From assembly GCF_963921235.1 (NCBI RefSeq), contig NC_086097.1:208384001-208448000 (forward strand): 64,000 nt of DNA, in the 5' to 3' direction. Both the position numbers and the translations under genes were made by a program. Numbering within the stretch: the first letter of the stretch is position 1; every line of letters begins with the position of its first letter. Positions 12,986 through 27,370 of the stretch are shown one piece after another. This stretch comes from Mobula hypostoma. Its lineage: Eukaryota. The notes below the pieces were generated by a model. The model was not told where the DNA came from, searched no databases, and saw only the letters and a list, made by a program, of their open reading frames with translations.

Positions 12986-14109
12986 CTAAAGAGAAAACAA
13001 AATTCAAGTGCTTAGTTGGAAGCATAGTTTGTTTTGCATAAACATCACTTCCTATATGCAAGCCATTTTTTCAAAATATCATTTTCACCACAGGTTAATT
13101 TTGATTCAATTTGAAGCACACAGTGAAAAGACATCCATCTCCATCCATTCTTTATTTGCCCTTGAAACAGCAATATATGTGACTCTTAAGTTTTTGTTAA
13201 TATTGGTAAACATTTCAAAGATATACTTTAAAGGAAGTAGTGTGTTTATCATTATTAGATATCAAGTTTACTACTGTTTACATGACATAGTTATGGAGTA
13301 TTTCATATATGTATTGCCTTATCACCGATTGTAAGAAGAATCAAAAGTATTAGTATGTTAACGTATGTGAAGATTCTGTATTGAATTTAATATGTATCTT
13401 ACTTAACATTCTGCAGTTTCACAAGTAAGATCTCATTAAAAACCCTGAAGAAAGCCACTGTCATCTGATCCTTTGAGAAGGTGTTTAACTTGCTGCATAG
13501 CTTTCTACGCACACATTGCAAGGGCAGGAGAACTAGAACCTAAACAGGTTGATTTACTCTAGATCTGCAATGACTTCCACATGAAGACTCTATCCTATAT
13601 GCTATACACATTTTATTCCTGCATCTGATATTGATCTACTTTTATCCACAGGAATCTCGTTTTGGTGTGCTTCATTCATTGGTTTTGTCTGTAAGGTGTA
13701 AATTATGTTTTAATTTTTCAAATCAGTGAAGACTTAATATGAAAACACAAACGAGAAAATCTGCAGATGCTGGAAATCCAAACAACACACACAAAATGCT
13801 GGAGGAACTCAGCAGGCCAGGCAGCATCTATGGAAAGGAGTGCAGTTGACATTTCAGGACTTGATATAAAAGAACTATTTTGCCAAAATAAGCACTAACT
13901 AAAATATATTAAGCACAGAGATGATCAAGTGAGGGAGGATAGGATATGAGAAAAGGAAATGAAATAGTGAAAGAGGTGTTCCATTTCTACGGCGTACCAG
14001 GTCAAACAGGAAGCTTACTTAACATACCTAAAACTTAAACAGCTGAGGATGGATGTCAAAAATCAATGAAAGCATTAATTTTCTTATTCAAATGTTAAGA
14101 AATTCATAC

Positions 14110-14197
14110 CTTTCCTCTTTTGCTTCTGGGCTGTTTTGTGCCAAGGAAACTGAATCCTTTTTTTTATCTTCTGAGGATTTCTCAACTGTTGGTCCGT
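14110..14197 (-). CDS. TCEA1: TCEA1 exon 4 (88 nt)
   Basis: Translates to (D)GPTVEKSSEDKKKDSVSLAQNSPEAKEE(S). Phases fit the flanking exons, with AG and GTATG boundaries. Confidence 0.93.
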
Positions 14198-14521
14198 CTG
14201 CAAAATAGCACTTGAATCAAAAACTATTCTAAAATATTAAATTATTTTAAGACGCAATTTACCAAAATGAACTAGGCAGTGGCTAATATTGAGAAGGAAA
14301 CTCTACCAAATTTACCCATGACAAATATGAAGATGAAGCTTGAAGGTTGCTACCTCAGCCACTTAATGAAGTGATTTGAGATTTAAAGAGACAACACTTT
14401 GGAAAGTATGATGATATCATGCAAGGTTATCAAGACCTTAATTCATTTTCAATACTTATACAATCATAAATGAAAAGACAAAGACAGCTAGTCATTCTGT
14501 GAAAGGTTGTGCATATTAGAT

Positions 14522-14968
14522 TAGACTCATTTTACACCGCACACTGTCAGAGCAGTGCTGCCAGGATAATCAAGGACACGACCCACCCAGCCAACAGACT
14601 TTTTGTCCCTCTTCCCTCCGGGAGAAGGTTCAGGGGCTTGAAGACTTGTACAGCCAGATTTGGGAACAGCTTCTTTCCAACTGTGTTAAGACTGCTGAAC
14701 GGATCCTGACCCGAACCTGGGCCATACCCTCCAAATATCCGGACCTGCCTCTCGGTTTTTTTTGCACTACCTTACTTCCCATTTTTCTATTTTCTATTTA
14801 TGATCTATAATTTAAATTTTTAATATTTACTAATTTTAACTATTTTTAATATTTTTAATATTTAATATTTGTAATCCAGGGAGTGTAAAGCACAGAATCA
14901 AATATCGCTGTGATGATTGTATGTTCTAGTACCAATCGTTTGGCGACAATAAAGTATAAAGTATAAAG
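14522..14968 (+). mobile_element. Rex/Babar LINE 3' end
   Basis: Contains PLPSGRRF..FGNSFFPTVLRLLN and is homologous to 58090-58500. Confidence 0.8.
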
Positions 14969-15433
14969 ATTAAACTTCATTGTCATTGTGCCAAGTACAG
15001 ATACAAAGCCAATGAAATGCAGTTAGCATCTGACCAGAAATGCAAAGAAGTGTTATTTACAAAATAACTGCGAATAAAAAGTAAGTGCTACAGCACACAA
15101 ATACTAAAGTACTGAGACAGTACAATATGGGTGCAATACTGCTTAGCGCTGTAAGCAGTATTCTAAAAGGATTAAAAAGCAGGCCAGTGGCAACTCATTA
15201 GTGTCTTTGTTGGATCATCGTTACTCCTGCCTCATACCTTCTATTAAAGGATTTTTAAAATAAAATTTCAACAGCACCAGAAACAAAATGATTAATCATT
15301 TGTTTCTGTTGTGTGCTTGGCAAAGAGTTCCATAACTTATCCATTTGTGTGAACAGACCATTGTCATAATACAGATACCATAAGTAATCATTGCAAGACG
15401 GAAAAATAATGGGTTTTAGATTAAGTGCCTTAC

Positions 15434-15539
15434 CCAAGAGTTTCTTCCAGGATTTAATGAGAGATTTTGCCAAAGATATGACATCTTCTTCTTTACTTTG
15501 CTTCCTGATAGCATTTACAGACATCCCAATTCTGGTAGA
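15434..15539 (-). CDS. TCEA1: TCEA1 exon 3 (106 nt)
   Basis: Translates to [35 protein letters not shown], with AG and GTAAG boundaries. Confidence 0.96.
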
Positions 15540-17199
15540 CTGCAAAACAATAAATACATATTACTTGCCAAATTAATTAGTTCCAATGTTTTGAACATGA
15601 AGCACATACCACGATTTACAATTAATTTCATTCTCACTGAAAAAACTTTGAACAGACTATGACCTATGAACAGGCTTAGGTAGTAGTGAAGCATTACAAA
15701 GATGGAACTAATCCAACTCTGCGATAAAATTACATTGAGGTTACATGGAAACCAAAGCCACAGAAGCTTGAAAATAGACAAAAAGAAATCAGAGTTAGAG
15801 GGTATGGAGCTTCATTTACAGAACTGAAAATAATTACTTTAATCTTCTTGATGCTGAACTGGAGGAATCTGCAACTAATCCAAAACTGAATGTGAGACAA
15901 CTCAGGCCCACAATACAAAGATGACAGGAAGAATGTTATCAGCTCATATGCAGAACCCAAGGCCATGCCATCAGATGGTGCTGATAAGAAATAAAAGGGC
16001 AACAGTGTGCAGATTTTAGACAATGTTGTGGCTAATAGTTGAAGACAAGGACCCAACAGGCAAGACTAGTACTGGATAGCAGCAGTCCCATTCATCTGGA
16101 AAATGGAGGATGTCATGGTTGAAAGGCTGTAGGAAGTATGAGGAAGAGTCGACCAATTCATAGTGAATTAGTACCTCATTTAAGGCTGAGTAGGACCTTA
16201 TCACTGTAGAGGAAGGGATGGAAACTCAATTAAGAAGTGTGACAACCTAAGTAGATAGTAAAGATTTGAGCTACTATAACATGGTTAATTGCTTTCATGA
16301 AGCAACAAAATGGGAGATGAGCTACCAAGTTATCATGGACAGTATGAAGTTTATGAGGAAAGGACCAATGATAGTGATTCTGAATGGTCAGATTTTAGTA
16401 AATGGTGACTGGAGGACCTCAAGTTCAAGTTTAATTATCATTCAACCGTACTTGAATACAGTCAGCATAACAGCATTTCTCCAGGGCCACGTGCAAAACA
16501 TATACAGCACAAGGCACATTTGGCATATACAAGCTAGCAAGTAAACAAACAAAGTTTTAAACTCGAAGTACATTTATTATCAAAGTATGTATACATTATA
16601 CAACCTTGAGATACTGTCAAATTTATTTATATAGCACATTTAAAAACAACCCACTTTGACCAAAGTGCGGTACAGATCAGAACAGAATAGCTAAAATTAC
16701 AAATATGAAAAACACAGACATAACCAATAAGGCAAAGACCTGATAGCCACAAAAGAAACAACACAAGGGCCTAGGCACAAGCCAAAAATCAGCCACATCA
16801 GGAGGATTCAAACGCTAGTGAATGAAAGTTAAGATTTGAGCCTGGATTTAAAAGAGTCGATGGAGGAGGCAGATCTGTCATGCAAAAGAAATATATAGCC
16901 CAAATCCCTGAGTGACATGTCCTGTAAAAATTATGGCACATGGATGCTACAGGCAGGAGAAATCAGTCCTTGGCAGTCTACAGATGAATGTACTCACGCA
17001 CGGAATCCTGCTTGTCATCCCACTGGTCAAACACCAGAGGACAGCACCGATGGGGGATGCAAGCCCACAACCAAGCATGGACACCATCTCCTCTCCTTGA
17101 CTGCAGCAACAGGTAAACCCACAGTTCGAGGATTAGTCCTCTCTACAACTGAGGCCACACAGCTCCCACGCCATCTATCGCCCATACACATTCTGCTTA

Positions 17200-18330
17200 A
17201 AAAAGCATATCCTTGCTCGTAAACACTTTACAAAGTGTCACTTAGAAGATACCGTAAAGATGTGGAAGAAGGTCTTCTGGTCAGATGAGACTAAAGTGGA
17301 ACCTTCTGACCTCAACACTAGGCGGTACAAGTGGCATAAATCTAATACTGCACATCAGGCAGGTAACACCATCCCTACTGTAAAGTATGGAGTTAGCATC
17401 ATACTTTGGAGCAACACACATAAAAGTTGCTGGTGAACGCAGCAGGCCAAGCAGCATCTCTAGGAAGAGGTGCAGTCGACGTTTCAGGCCGAGACCCTTC
17501 CTACTGCGTTCACCAGCAACTTCTATGTGTGTTGCTTGAATTTCCAGCATCTGCAGAATTCCTGTTGTTATCATGCTTTGGAGATGCTTTTCAGCAGAAG
17601 GGACTGAAAATCTGGTCAGGATTGATGGGAAGATGACTGCTGCTAAATTCAGAGTGCACCTGGATAAAAACCTGCTAGCCTCTGCCAGAGCTTAAACTGG
17701 GAGGAAGTTCGTCTTTCAGCAGAACAATGACCCAAAGCACTCTACCAGAGAAATCATGGAGTGGCTTCAAGGGAAGAAAATTTATATCCTCGAGTGGCCC
17801 AGTCACAGTTCTCATTGTTCTCGTTGAATTCTTGTTCTCATTGAATTCTTTTCCAGCAAATTACATCCATTTTCCCACTATCTCCTGTGCTAGGTTATAT
17901 TGTAAATGTTTTCCACTCATTTATTACATTGGAAGCATGATGCGGCTTTAACCTGATCAAATATCTCTAGCAAGACCTCAAGATTGTTACCCACTGCTGC
18001 TCCCCAGCTAACCTGGCATTAGCTTGAGCAATTTTACAAAGAGCAATGGGCAAATCTTGCTCAATCACCTTGTGCGAAGCTAGTATTTACTTAAAAAGAC
18101 TACAGACTGTAATAACTGTGAGAGATAGTTCAAGTACTGAGCAAAAGGGAATGAATATTTTAGAACTGTTGACGTTTCAGTTTTTGAATTTTAAGTTCTT
18201 TATGCTTTACAATTTTCTGTTTTTTGAGTTCTACTGTGAAAAAAAAGTGCATGTGATTCACAAATAAAAATTCTTCGTTCAATTGATCAAAATCTGGTTA
18301 TAATACTCATTTATTTGAACAAAGTTTAGA
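17200..18330 (+). mobile_element. Decayed Tc1-like transposase, interrupted by a fold-back Penelope pLTR insert (about 17412-17566)
   Basis: Contains WSDETKVE, FQQNNDPKH and EWPS.. motifs of DD34E Tc1 transposases. Confidence 0.7.
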
Positions 18331-20165
18331 GGACAAGGCACTGTACTTGTCTTGCAGTGCACTTCAGGTCCATAGTACTAATTCCCTGTATTAGGAACCT
18401 GATCAGTTTAAATTAATGAGAGGGAATCTCAGTGAGATGCAAAAGATTCTGGAAGCGATTTGATGGAATGAATGATGCAGAGGCAAGTTCCTCAAGTTGG
18501 AAAATCTATAATTATGAGGATAGTCTCAAGATTAAAGCATCAAGAACATAGAGGTATCTCATCACAAAGGAAGTTGTAAATCTTAGAAATTCTCTATCAA
18601 GATTAAACATACAGTATTCACGATTGAGATCAACATATTTTTGAACACAAAGGGAATTAGGAATAAAGGGGACCGTGCAGCCAACTGTTCCAAAGTACAG
18701 AATCAACCTCTGTTTATGCACAATAAAACAAAGTTAAAGCTGAATCATGCTTCCAATGTAATAAATGAGTGGAAAACATTTACAGTATCACCTAGCACAG
18801 GAGATAGTGGGAAAATGGATGTAATTTGCTGGAAAAGAATTCAATGAGAACAAGAATATTTAGGATAATAGATTTTCAATTTCGCTCATTCATTTTCAAC
18901 ATTAATTATTGACAAGAACAAATATATTATTGACGTGTGTTTGAAAATTTACCATCTCTTTCTCATAATCTTAATGCAACACTAAAGGGGAAAATAAAGT
19001 GAAATAATTATTTATAATGTCTAAACACTGGAAAAGCAACTTCCATTTCACCTTCTCCAGATCAGCCTCACAAACAGCATCAATTCAGTTTATGCAGATT
19101 CAGAGTTCTATCATCTGTAAATATACTAAAAACTACAGATCAAAGACTCATTTGCCAGATATACTCACATTAGGAAGTATCCAGAAATCATTTCATTTCC
19201 TTGTTATAAAAAAAGTACACCTGAAAATTCATCTCAAGTCAGTCATGCTAACGTAGTAGTGCTTGTGCATTGTACTATGCCTTTTACATACATTCCAGTG
19301 AATTTTAGAAGTAAAGGTAGAATACCCTGATACTACTATACAATGTGATTAGCACTGCTGACTGTGGGTTAGCTTATCTGGTTTTGCATGGATCTATTTC
19401 TGTCTTCCATAAGTAATATTCAATCATATCAATAAATTGCCTGGGTTCATGAGCATTTTATACTAATCCACTGTGGTACTGAATAGAACACTTTTAAATA
19501 CCTGATGCAAGATTTGCATTAACCTTCAGTAAAACTTTAAAAAGAACTGACTGCCAATGAATTTCTAAGCAACAGCTCAGGTGTTTTTCTAACAACTTTG
19601 ACACAGTACCACTTGCTGTAAATGTCAATAGCGTAGATATCCACTGACAGCAATACGGTCTAAAGAAAAATAATTGCTGCTTAACTTTTCCCCTCTTACA
19701 AGTGTCCTGTCAATTTTGCATACTTGCAATGATCCATCATAATCAAGAAAAAAGGTTCAAGTTAAACATTTTAGACACTTTATACAACACTTAGAGCAGT
19801 TAATTCTATTTTTGAAAATTGTGTATTTGCTCAGATTTCTAGCTTGTCTCCCAATATGCTACACCAGAGCAGTTGTCAAGGTACTAATTTCACTTTTTAG
19901 TGAGGAAAAAAAGTAGCACCTTGGGCACTGGGATTTGTCAGAATTGCATGAGTGCACAGCCATTAACTGTATTCACATCCCTGAGGGCCTCATGAATAAC
20001 CTTTCATCAATAGATATATTTTATTCCACATGCAGCTTATTACGCAAAATGCAAAGAATTTCAGTGAATGCCATGCATGTAGATCATTCAGCTCCTTCAT
20101 TCTGATGGTGACTGCAATGTCACACCCTTTCAGCAGTCAAGTTGGATTCTCAAGGTGGAGAATAA

Positions 20166-20632
20166 AGGCTGATTTATACTTGTGCGTCAAATATACGCCG
20201 TAGGTATCGCGTACCCCACGCCGTAGGGTGACATGCACCTCCCCAAAAATGTAACTCACGCGTCGCGGCGACGCAGACTGCAACAACTGTGATTGGTCCG
20301 CTTGGTAGCATCGCATTTCCTCATACGCATTTACGGTTGCTTTTCTTCGCCATGTCTGTACACTGATGCAAAATAAATGGTTGGAGACAATGAAGCAAAT
20401 CGTCAAATCTACCTGCCGACATCCGAAAATATTTGAAATGCATTTCCTATTCCATGTCTGTCATGAAGGAACTCAACACAGTGGCATAGAAACCCCATCG
20501 CCAACTAGCGTTTTGGCAGTGAGTTGCAGAGCGACGCAGACACAACTACACATGCTCGCTATCGTGTAGGGCTACGCAAAAGTATAAATCAGGCCTACAG
20601 CATAGCCCGTACGCACAAGTATAAATCAGCCT
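20166..20632. mobile_element. PIF/Harbinger-type MITE
   Basis: It has perfect 22-bp TIRs AGGCTGATTTATACTTGTGCGT, flanked by TAA on both sides (20163-65, 20633-35), and is CpG-rich. Confidence 0.85.
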
Positions 20633-21029
20633 TAAGAGGCAAGAAAGGGTTACCTTTTTACTTCCACAGTTATAACAGTGAACTCCCCAGTCATAGCTGC
20701 TGTGAGCAGATGCAATGACAGCCATGACATTACCAGGATGGCAGTGGTAAATGCCACCAATCTGAGAGAAAATTTTGTTGCTTACATCAGCCCAAAAGCA
20801 CAATGCAGTACAAATCAAGCAGCTGCAGCCTGCTGTGTAATCTTACAACCCAAGACAGAAGCGAGGGTCAAAGAATCAGCAGCAAGGAGACCTAGAATGT
20901 GGGGATAGAGAACAATAAAATCTGCACAATTATTGAACTATATTGCCTTTCATGTTATTTTCAATACATCTCAAAGCTCTGTATAGACAGTTTAAGAATA
21001 ATATTTATCATACTTTCAGAGTAATCGCA

Positions 21030-21725
21030 TCAATAAGACAAAGAAGATGGTGATGGACTTTAGGAAGAATAAGCCTGCACTATTCCCTGTTACTACTGAT
21101 GGTGAGGACCTACAAGTACCTGGGGGTGCACCTGAATGACAGACTTGAGTGGAGCATCAACACAGAGGATGTGTACAAGAAGGGTCACAGTCGCCTCTAC
21201 TTCCTGGAGACTGAGGTCCTTTGGAGTATGCAGGCCTATTCTTCACATGTTCTACCAGTCTGCTGTCGTCAGTACAATCTTCTATGCGGTGGTGTGCTGG
21301 GGCAATGGCATCAACACAGGTGATGCCAACAGGCTCAATGAACTGATTAGAACGAGTGGCTCTGATATAGGAGTCAAACCGGACACTCTGGAGGCTGTGG
21401 TAGAACAAAGGACCCTACCGAAAATCCTGGCAATTCTGGACAATGTTTTGCATGGCACCTTGGCTGAACAGAGAAGCACTTGCAGTAATAGACTAAGAAA
21501 GCTGCACTGCTCCAAAGATCGCTATATGTGGTCATTCTAACTCTCAGCCATTAGGGTCTACGAGTCAGCCTAAAGCCAGGGAAGTGATGACTCACTCCTG
21601 TTAGACTGTTTGAAGTAACTTATCTTTTATTCTTTTTTACTTCTTTTCTTATATTTGTATATCTGTGCACTTGTAATGTTACTGTGACACTATATAATTT
21701 CCTTTGGGATCAATAAATTATCTAA
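21030..21725 (+). mobile_element. Rex/Babar-like LINE 3' fragment
   Basis: Contains YKYLGVHL, RLYFL and MFYQSAVVSTIFYAVVCWG. Confidence 0.8.
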
Positions 21726-22547
21726 TACAAGAAACTTGGCAGCATCTTTGCACACTTCAATTTCCCCACAAACAGACATTTGGTTGTGTACAATTAGATC
21801 ATAGCAATCCATGAAGATTCACATTAAGAAACATCTATGCTGATCATTATTTTCTAATTAGACACAAGTTACAGAAGCCTAATTGTTATTCATCTGAACT
21901 AGCAACGAAACTGATGAAAATGAATTTGATCATTTTGGTCAATTGCAAGCTATCATCAGGAAACATACTCAAAGTTTGTATTTTGTTATTTAACAACCAG
22001 GAGGCTTAGTATAGAGCCTGCCATACCTGGTAATGCATCACACATTTTACATAATTTCACAAAATCAAAGCACTTCCCTTTCAGAGAAAGATTTGCTTTA
22101 ATTGTCACATGTACATCAAAAGATGTAGTGAAATACGTCATTTGTGTCAACAAACACAGACCTAGGATTATGCTTGGGGCAGCCCACTGTGTCACCACAC
22201 TTCCAGCGCCCTAACCATAGGTCTTCGGAATGTGGGAGGAAACTCACACTGTCATGGGGAGAATGAACAAACTCCTGGCAGACAGAGGCAGGAACTCAAC
22301 CCCAGTCAGCGATTGCTTGCTCTGTGAAGGGTTGTGCTAACTGTTACATTGTTATGCCACCCTGCAAAGTCCATTACAAATGTAAAGCAAAAATAATGAA
22401 TAGTTAAGGAAAATACATGATACAGAAATAGGTAATTGCAGGCAAAGATGAAAAAGGATTCACCTGAAAATTATATGGTCGAAAATAAATCAAGATACAA
22501 AGACTTGAGGTGCAAGTTCAGGGCAAAACGCTAAAGCATTTACTTAG

Positions 22548-23645
22548 ACAACACACGCAAAATGCTGGAGGAACTCAGCAGGCCAGGCAGCATCTATGGA
22601 AAAGAGTACAGTTGACATTTCGGGCCAAGACCCTTCAGCAGAAGTGGAGCAAAAAAGATGTGTCAGAGTAAGAAGTTGGGGGGGAGAGGAGGAAAAAACA
22701 CAAGGTGATAGGTGAAACCAGGAGGGGAGGGATGAAGTAAAAAGCTCAGAAGTTGATAGGTGAAAGAGATACAGGGCTGGAGAAGGGGAATCTACAAACG
22801 GTGACAGGAGAGGACAGAAGGCCATGGAAGAAAGAATAGGGGGAGTAGCACCAGAGGGAGGCGATGGGCAGGCAAGGAGATAAGATGAGAGAGGGAAAAA
22901 GGGATGGGGAATGGTGAAGGGGGGGAGGGGGGCACGGACAATACTGGAAGTTCGAGGAATCGATGTTCATGCCATCAGGATGGAGACTACCCAGAGGGAA
23001 TATAAGGTGTTGTTCACCGATTAACAGGAGGCTACAAGGGGAGCACCGGACACAGTACATGATCCCAACAGACTCACACATCAAGTGTGATCATCACAGA
23101 TGCCCTCAACTGCATCTCTTCCATTCCACACAGGTCTATTCTCACCCATCCTCCCGCCCCTCTACAAGGGTTCCTCTTGTCCTCATCCATTTTAATTCCA
23201 CTTCCCATTCCAATATGTCCATCCATGGCCTCTTCCACTGTCGTGACGAGGCCACACTTAGGTTAGAGGAACAACATCTTATATTCCATTTGGGTAGCCT
23301 CCAACCTGATGGCATGAACATCGATTTCTCAAACTTCCCGTAATGCCCCCCAACCCCCCCCTCCTTTTCCTTTTCCCATCCCCTTTTCCCTCTCACCTCA
23401 TCTCATCAGCTGTTCACTTCAACCCTCAACTTCAGGTTTCACCTATCACTTAGTGGCTCTCTCTCCCCTCCTCCCACCTTTTAAATCTACTCCTCAGCAT
23501 TTTTCTCCAGTCCTGCCAAAGGATTTTGGCCTGAAATGTCAACCTATAGTTTTTTTTCCATAGATGGTGCCTGGCCTGCTGAGTTCCTCCAGCATTTTGT
23601 GTGCGTTGCTCGGATTTCCAGCATCTGCAGCTTTTCTCTTGTTTG
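22548..23645. mobile_element. Penelope insertion with inverted arms
   Basis: A minus arm (about 22548-23085) and a plus arm (about 23090-23645) are flanked by the degenerate TSD AAAGCATTTACTT / AAAGCGTTTATTT. Confidence 0.8.
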
Positions 23646-24059
23646 GGAAAGCGTTTATTTTTATTTATTTAATTTTTGGAGCTACGGTGCAGAGTAGGCC
23701 CTTCAGGCCCTTTGAGCCACACTGCCCCACCAGACAATCCCAAATACCTCCAACCTAATCACAGATCAATTTACAATGACAAATTAACCTACCCAGTAAA
23801 AACCAGAGCACCCGGGAAAAACCTAGGCATTCCACAGGGAGGACATACAAAATTTGCTTACAGATGACACTGCAATTAAACTCCGACGCCCCGAGCTGTA
23901 CTAGCGTCGTGCTAACCGCTATGCTACCATGGCGCCCTTCTAATGTGTACGGCTCTGCAGATTTAACTAAGTCAGGCAAAATGCAATAACTGCATCCATC
24001 ATTGTTCCCTTCTCACACGTTTTGTTTTTGTTGAAACTTTGCTCCCCAAGACAACATAC

Positions 24060-24122
24060 CTGTAAAAGTTCCAAGGTCATAGGAATGCTTTTTAGCTCTT
24101 TCAGCAAGTCCAAGGCACCAAC
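24060..24122 (-). CDS. TCEA1: TCEA1 exon 2 (63 nt)
   Basis: Translates to VGALDLLKELKSIPMTLELLQ, with a CAG acceptor and GTATGT donor, phase 0/0. Confidence 0.95.
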
Positions 24123-26521
24123 CTGTAAAACACAGTTCAACCTTTTAGACTGTAAAAATTGAGAATCAAATCGCCAATGTCAGAAAAAGATAAACTGAAA
24201 GTACAAGCAAAACTTAGGAGAACAATCTTGGTTAGTAAATCATTTCAGAAATGTTAACATCTCTATGATTGGATTTCAATCCATATTAAGACATCAGGTT
24301 ATCATACTTCTGCACGATAAGTTTTGAATTATGTAGCACCAGACAGAAGCTTAAGCTGAACACAGAAGTGCTTTCTAGTCCTCATTCGTGCTAGTTGTGG
24401 TTTGCTTTATCACATTTCTCCAAAACACGATTATCAAGAAGAACTGACAAGGATCATAGCCTTGGATGACTTCAAATGGCTTCACATCACTTCTACTCAC
24501 TAGACCTGATCTACAAAAATGCACAGAATTAATCAAAATTAATTTCTTAATATCTTTGGTAGGCACACCTCTTCAATTCCAAAGCAAGCGATTTGTTCAC
24601 TGGAGTGTTCCCTGTAAGGTTCTTTTACTTCTTTTTTCGCATAATACTTATAGTTACTGTCAGGAGTGGGATGTGAGGAAAATATTTCCTGTGGTCAATT
24701 TAATTATATAATCTGAAATATGGATAAAGTGAGATTGCTACCATATTTTTATTAAACAAAGAGCAGGTTTATTAAATACAAACTACATTTCAAATTGTTA
24801 ACCTGTGAAACTGAAAGATGTAATGATTTAATTTCATGTCAAATGTTAAAGGATCTGAATAACTACAAATGAAGTGTACATCATTTCATGAATATACAAT
24901 AAATAAGAAATAAAGCTGAGACAGCAAAGATTAGACTTTTTTATTTAGAGTATGTATTTTATTTAAAAAAATTCATTTTTAATCTACCAATTTGTAATTG
25001 AATCTTTTTTTCAATCTAGAGTTAGAAGGCTTGTTGTCCTAGCAGCTTGATAATTGTTCCTCCAAGGTGAAAAGAATCTTTAAACTGTGTTATTTATTGA
25101 ACTAAATATTTATTAATATTGCATATACCCACATCCAGACCATTCCTCAACATTATTACCCAAACCCTTAAAAAGGTTGCTTAGTGCAAAGCTAAACATC
25201 ACAATCCTGTTGGGAGGGTGCATGATTAATGTCACTGATCAGCTAACGTATTTTGCTTTTCTTGGAAAGAGTTAAGAGCAACACACATTCCTATCAAGAA
25301 ATTTGTCTGGTACTTTCATTACCAGTTAATGACCAGGTGACCAGTTAATGTAAACAAATTTCTTTCAACATGTATTTCAGCAAAGCAATGACCTTAAATA
25401 CCAGCAGCTAGAAGTAAAAAGTAGCCTTGTTTACATTACAACTTTTAATGCATTTCTGAAAAAGTTAGCCACTGCCAATACACACAGATGTTTTTTTTCT
25501 AAAATTCACAAGTTGGAAAGCCAGAGAAAACTGTGGTACTTTGCTTAATTGCAAGACAATTCAAAATTGAGAAGGATAGAGAAAACAAGAAAATTAAGAT
25601 CATCAAATAAAACTTCACCACACACCTAACTGTGAGTTGAAATTGAAGTGGCTGAAACTGTGTGACCATCATAACTTCAAATTGTTACATTATTGCATTA
25701 TCAACAGCTCTTCAAATGCCACAGAATTGCCCAGCAATTTGAATAGCAAATATTTTGGTTGCATTCTCACCAGTCAAAGTTTCATTGTAACTAAGGCCTA
25801 AAATCAGATAGGAAGCAAGAGTATTTGCTTCGGGGGTGTGGGTTGGGTGGGGTGCTGGTGGATAAAAACTGACAAGCTACCATCATTGGTAACCTAGCAT
25901 TAAATTATCCCAGTGAGAATACAGCAAGCCCACTTGAATCACAGAGTAATATAGAGCCGAGAAAAAAGGTAAGACTTTCAATGTGATTAGGTTAACATAG
26001 TTCTATTTTAACATTAGATATTAAAAATATTTCAAAACAAGATTATGATATTCATCTTAAACAGCTGGTTTGACAGTTTGAGCATGGGACACAGCCTTAC
26101 TACTTGCAATATTAATCTCTTTACCCCAGCTAGCCCCGATGCAAGTGGGTCCCAAATAAAATCTGTGCCCTAAACTGCACAAAAAAGCATGGTACAGGGA
26201 GCAGGCAACTAGCAAACATGAGATAGCTATAAGATCAGCCCCAATACATTTCTACCATTTAGTATGTCTTGCACCCCCCCCCCCCATCTCTTTCACCATT
26301 TTAAGTTCATTCCACTGTTTGGCTGAGTCCTTAATAACTGCTGCGTTGAACCTGATCCAAGATCTATTGGCGACCCAAGACAAATTATACAGAGCATGGA
26401 ATATTCGCAAACTTAATAATTCACTTCTACCAATTAGTCATAGAGGCAGATTAATACAGCACAGTATAATTCACAGCAATAGAGTCAGAGTAATATGGTT
26501 CATCTAGTCAATGCCAACATT

Positions 26522-27370
26522 CATCCCTCCCCACTGATCTCCCTCCTGGCACTTACCCTTGGAAGCAGAACAAGTGCCACACCAGCCCCTACACCTCCTC
26601 CCTCACTACCATTCAGGACTCCAAACAGTCCTTCCAGGTGAGGCAAAATTTCACCTGTGAATCTGCTGGGGTCATCTGCTGTAATCAGCACTCCTGGTGT
26701 GATCTCTTATATATCGGTGAGACCCGATGTAGATTGGGAGATGCTTCACTGTGCATCCATGCTCCGTCTGCCAGAAAAAGCAAGATCCCCTGTGGCCATC
26801 CATTTTAATTCCACTTCCCATTCCCATCCTGACATGTCAGCCCATGGCCTCCTCTACTGCCACGATGAGGCCACAGTCATGTTGCAGGAGCAACACCTTA
26901 TATTCCGTCTGGGTAGCCTCCAACCTGATAGCATGAACATCGACTTCTCGAACTTTCAGTAATGCCCCCCCACCACTTTCACCATTCCCATTTCCCTCTC
27001 TCAGCTTATCTCTTTACCTGCCCATCACCTCCCTCTGGTGTTCCTCCTCCTTTTCTTTCTTCTGTGGCCTTCTGTCCTCTTCTATCAGATTCCCCCTTCT
27101 CCAGCCCTTTATTTCTTTCACCAATCAATTTCTCAGCTCTTCACTTCACCCCTACACCCCTCCTCCCAGATTCACCTATCACCCTGTGTTTCTTCCTCCC
27201 CTCCCCCACATTCTTCTTTCTGTCTCATCTTTCTTTCTCCAGACCTGAGGAAGGGTCTCAGCCCGAAACATTAGACTGTACTCTTTTCCAGAGATGCTGC
27301 CTGGCCTGCTGAGTTCCTCCAGCATTTCGTGTGTGTTGCTCGGATTTCCAGCATCTGCAGATTTTCTCTA
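26522..27370 (+). mobile_element. Penelope 3' fragment
   Basis: Homologous to 62940-63779. Confidence 0.85.

Noticed and set aside
13410..13688. Exon-like segment in TCEA1 intron 4, following CCTTACAG
   Set aside because: It has early stops in all phases and no TFIIS homology.
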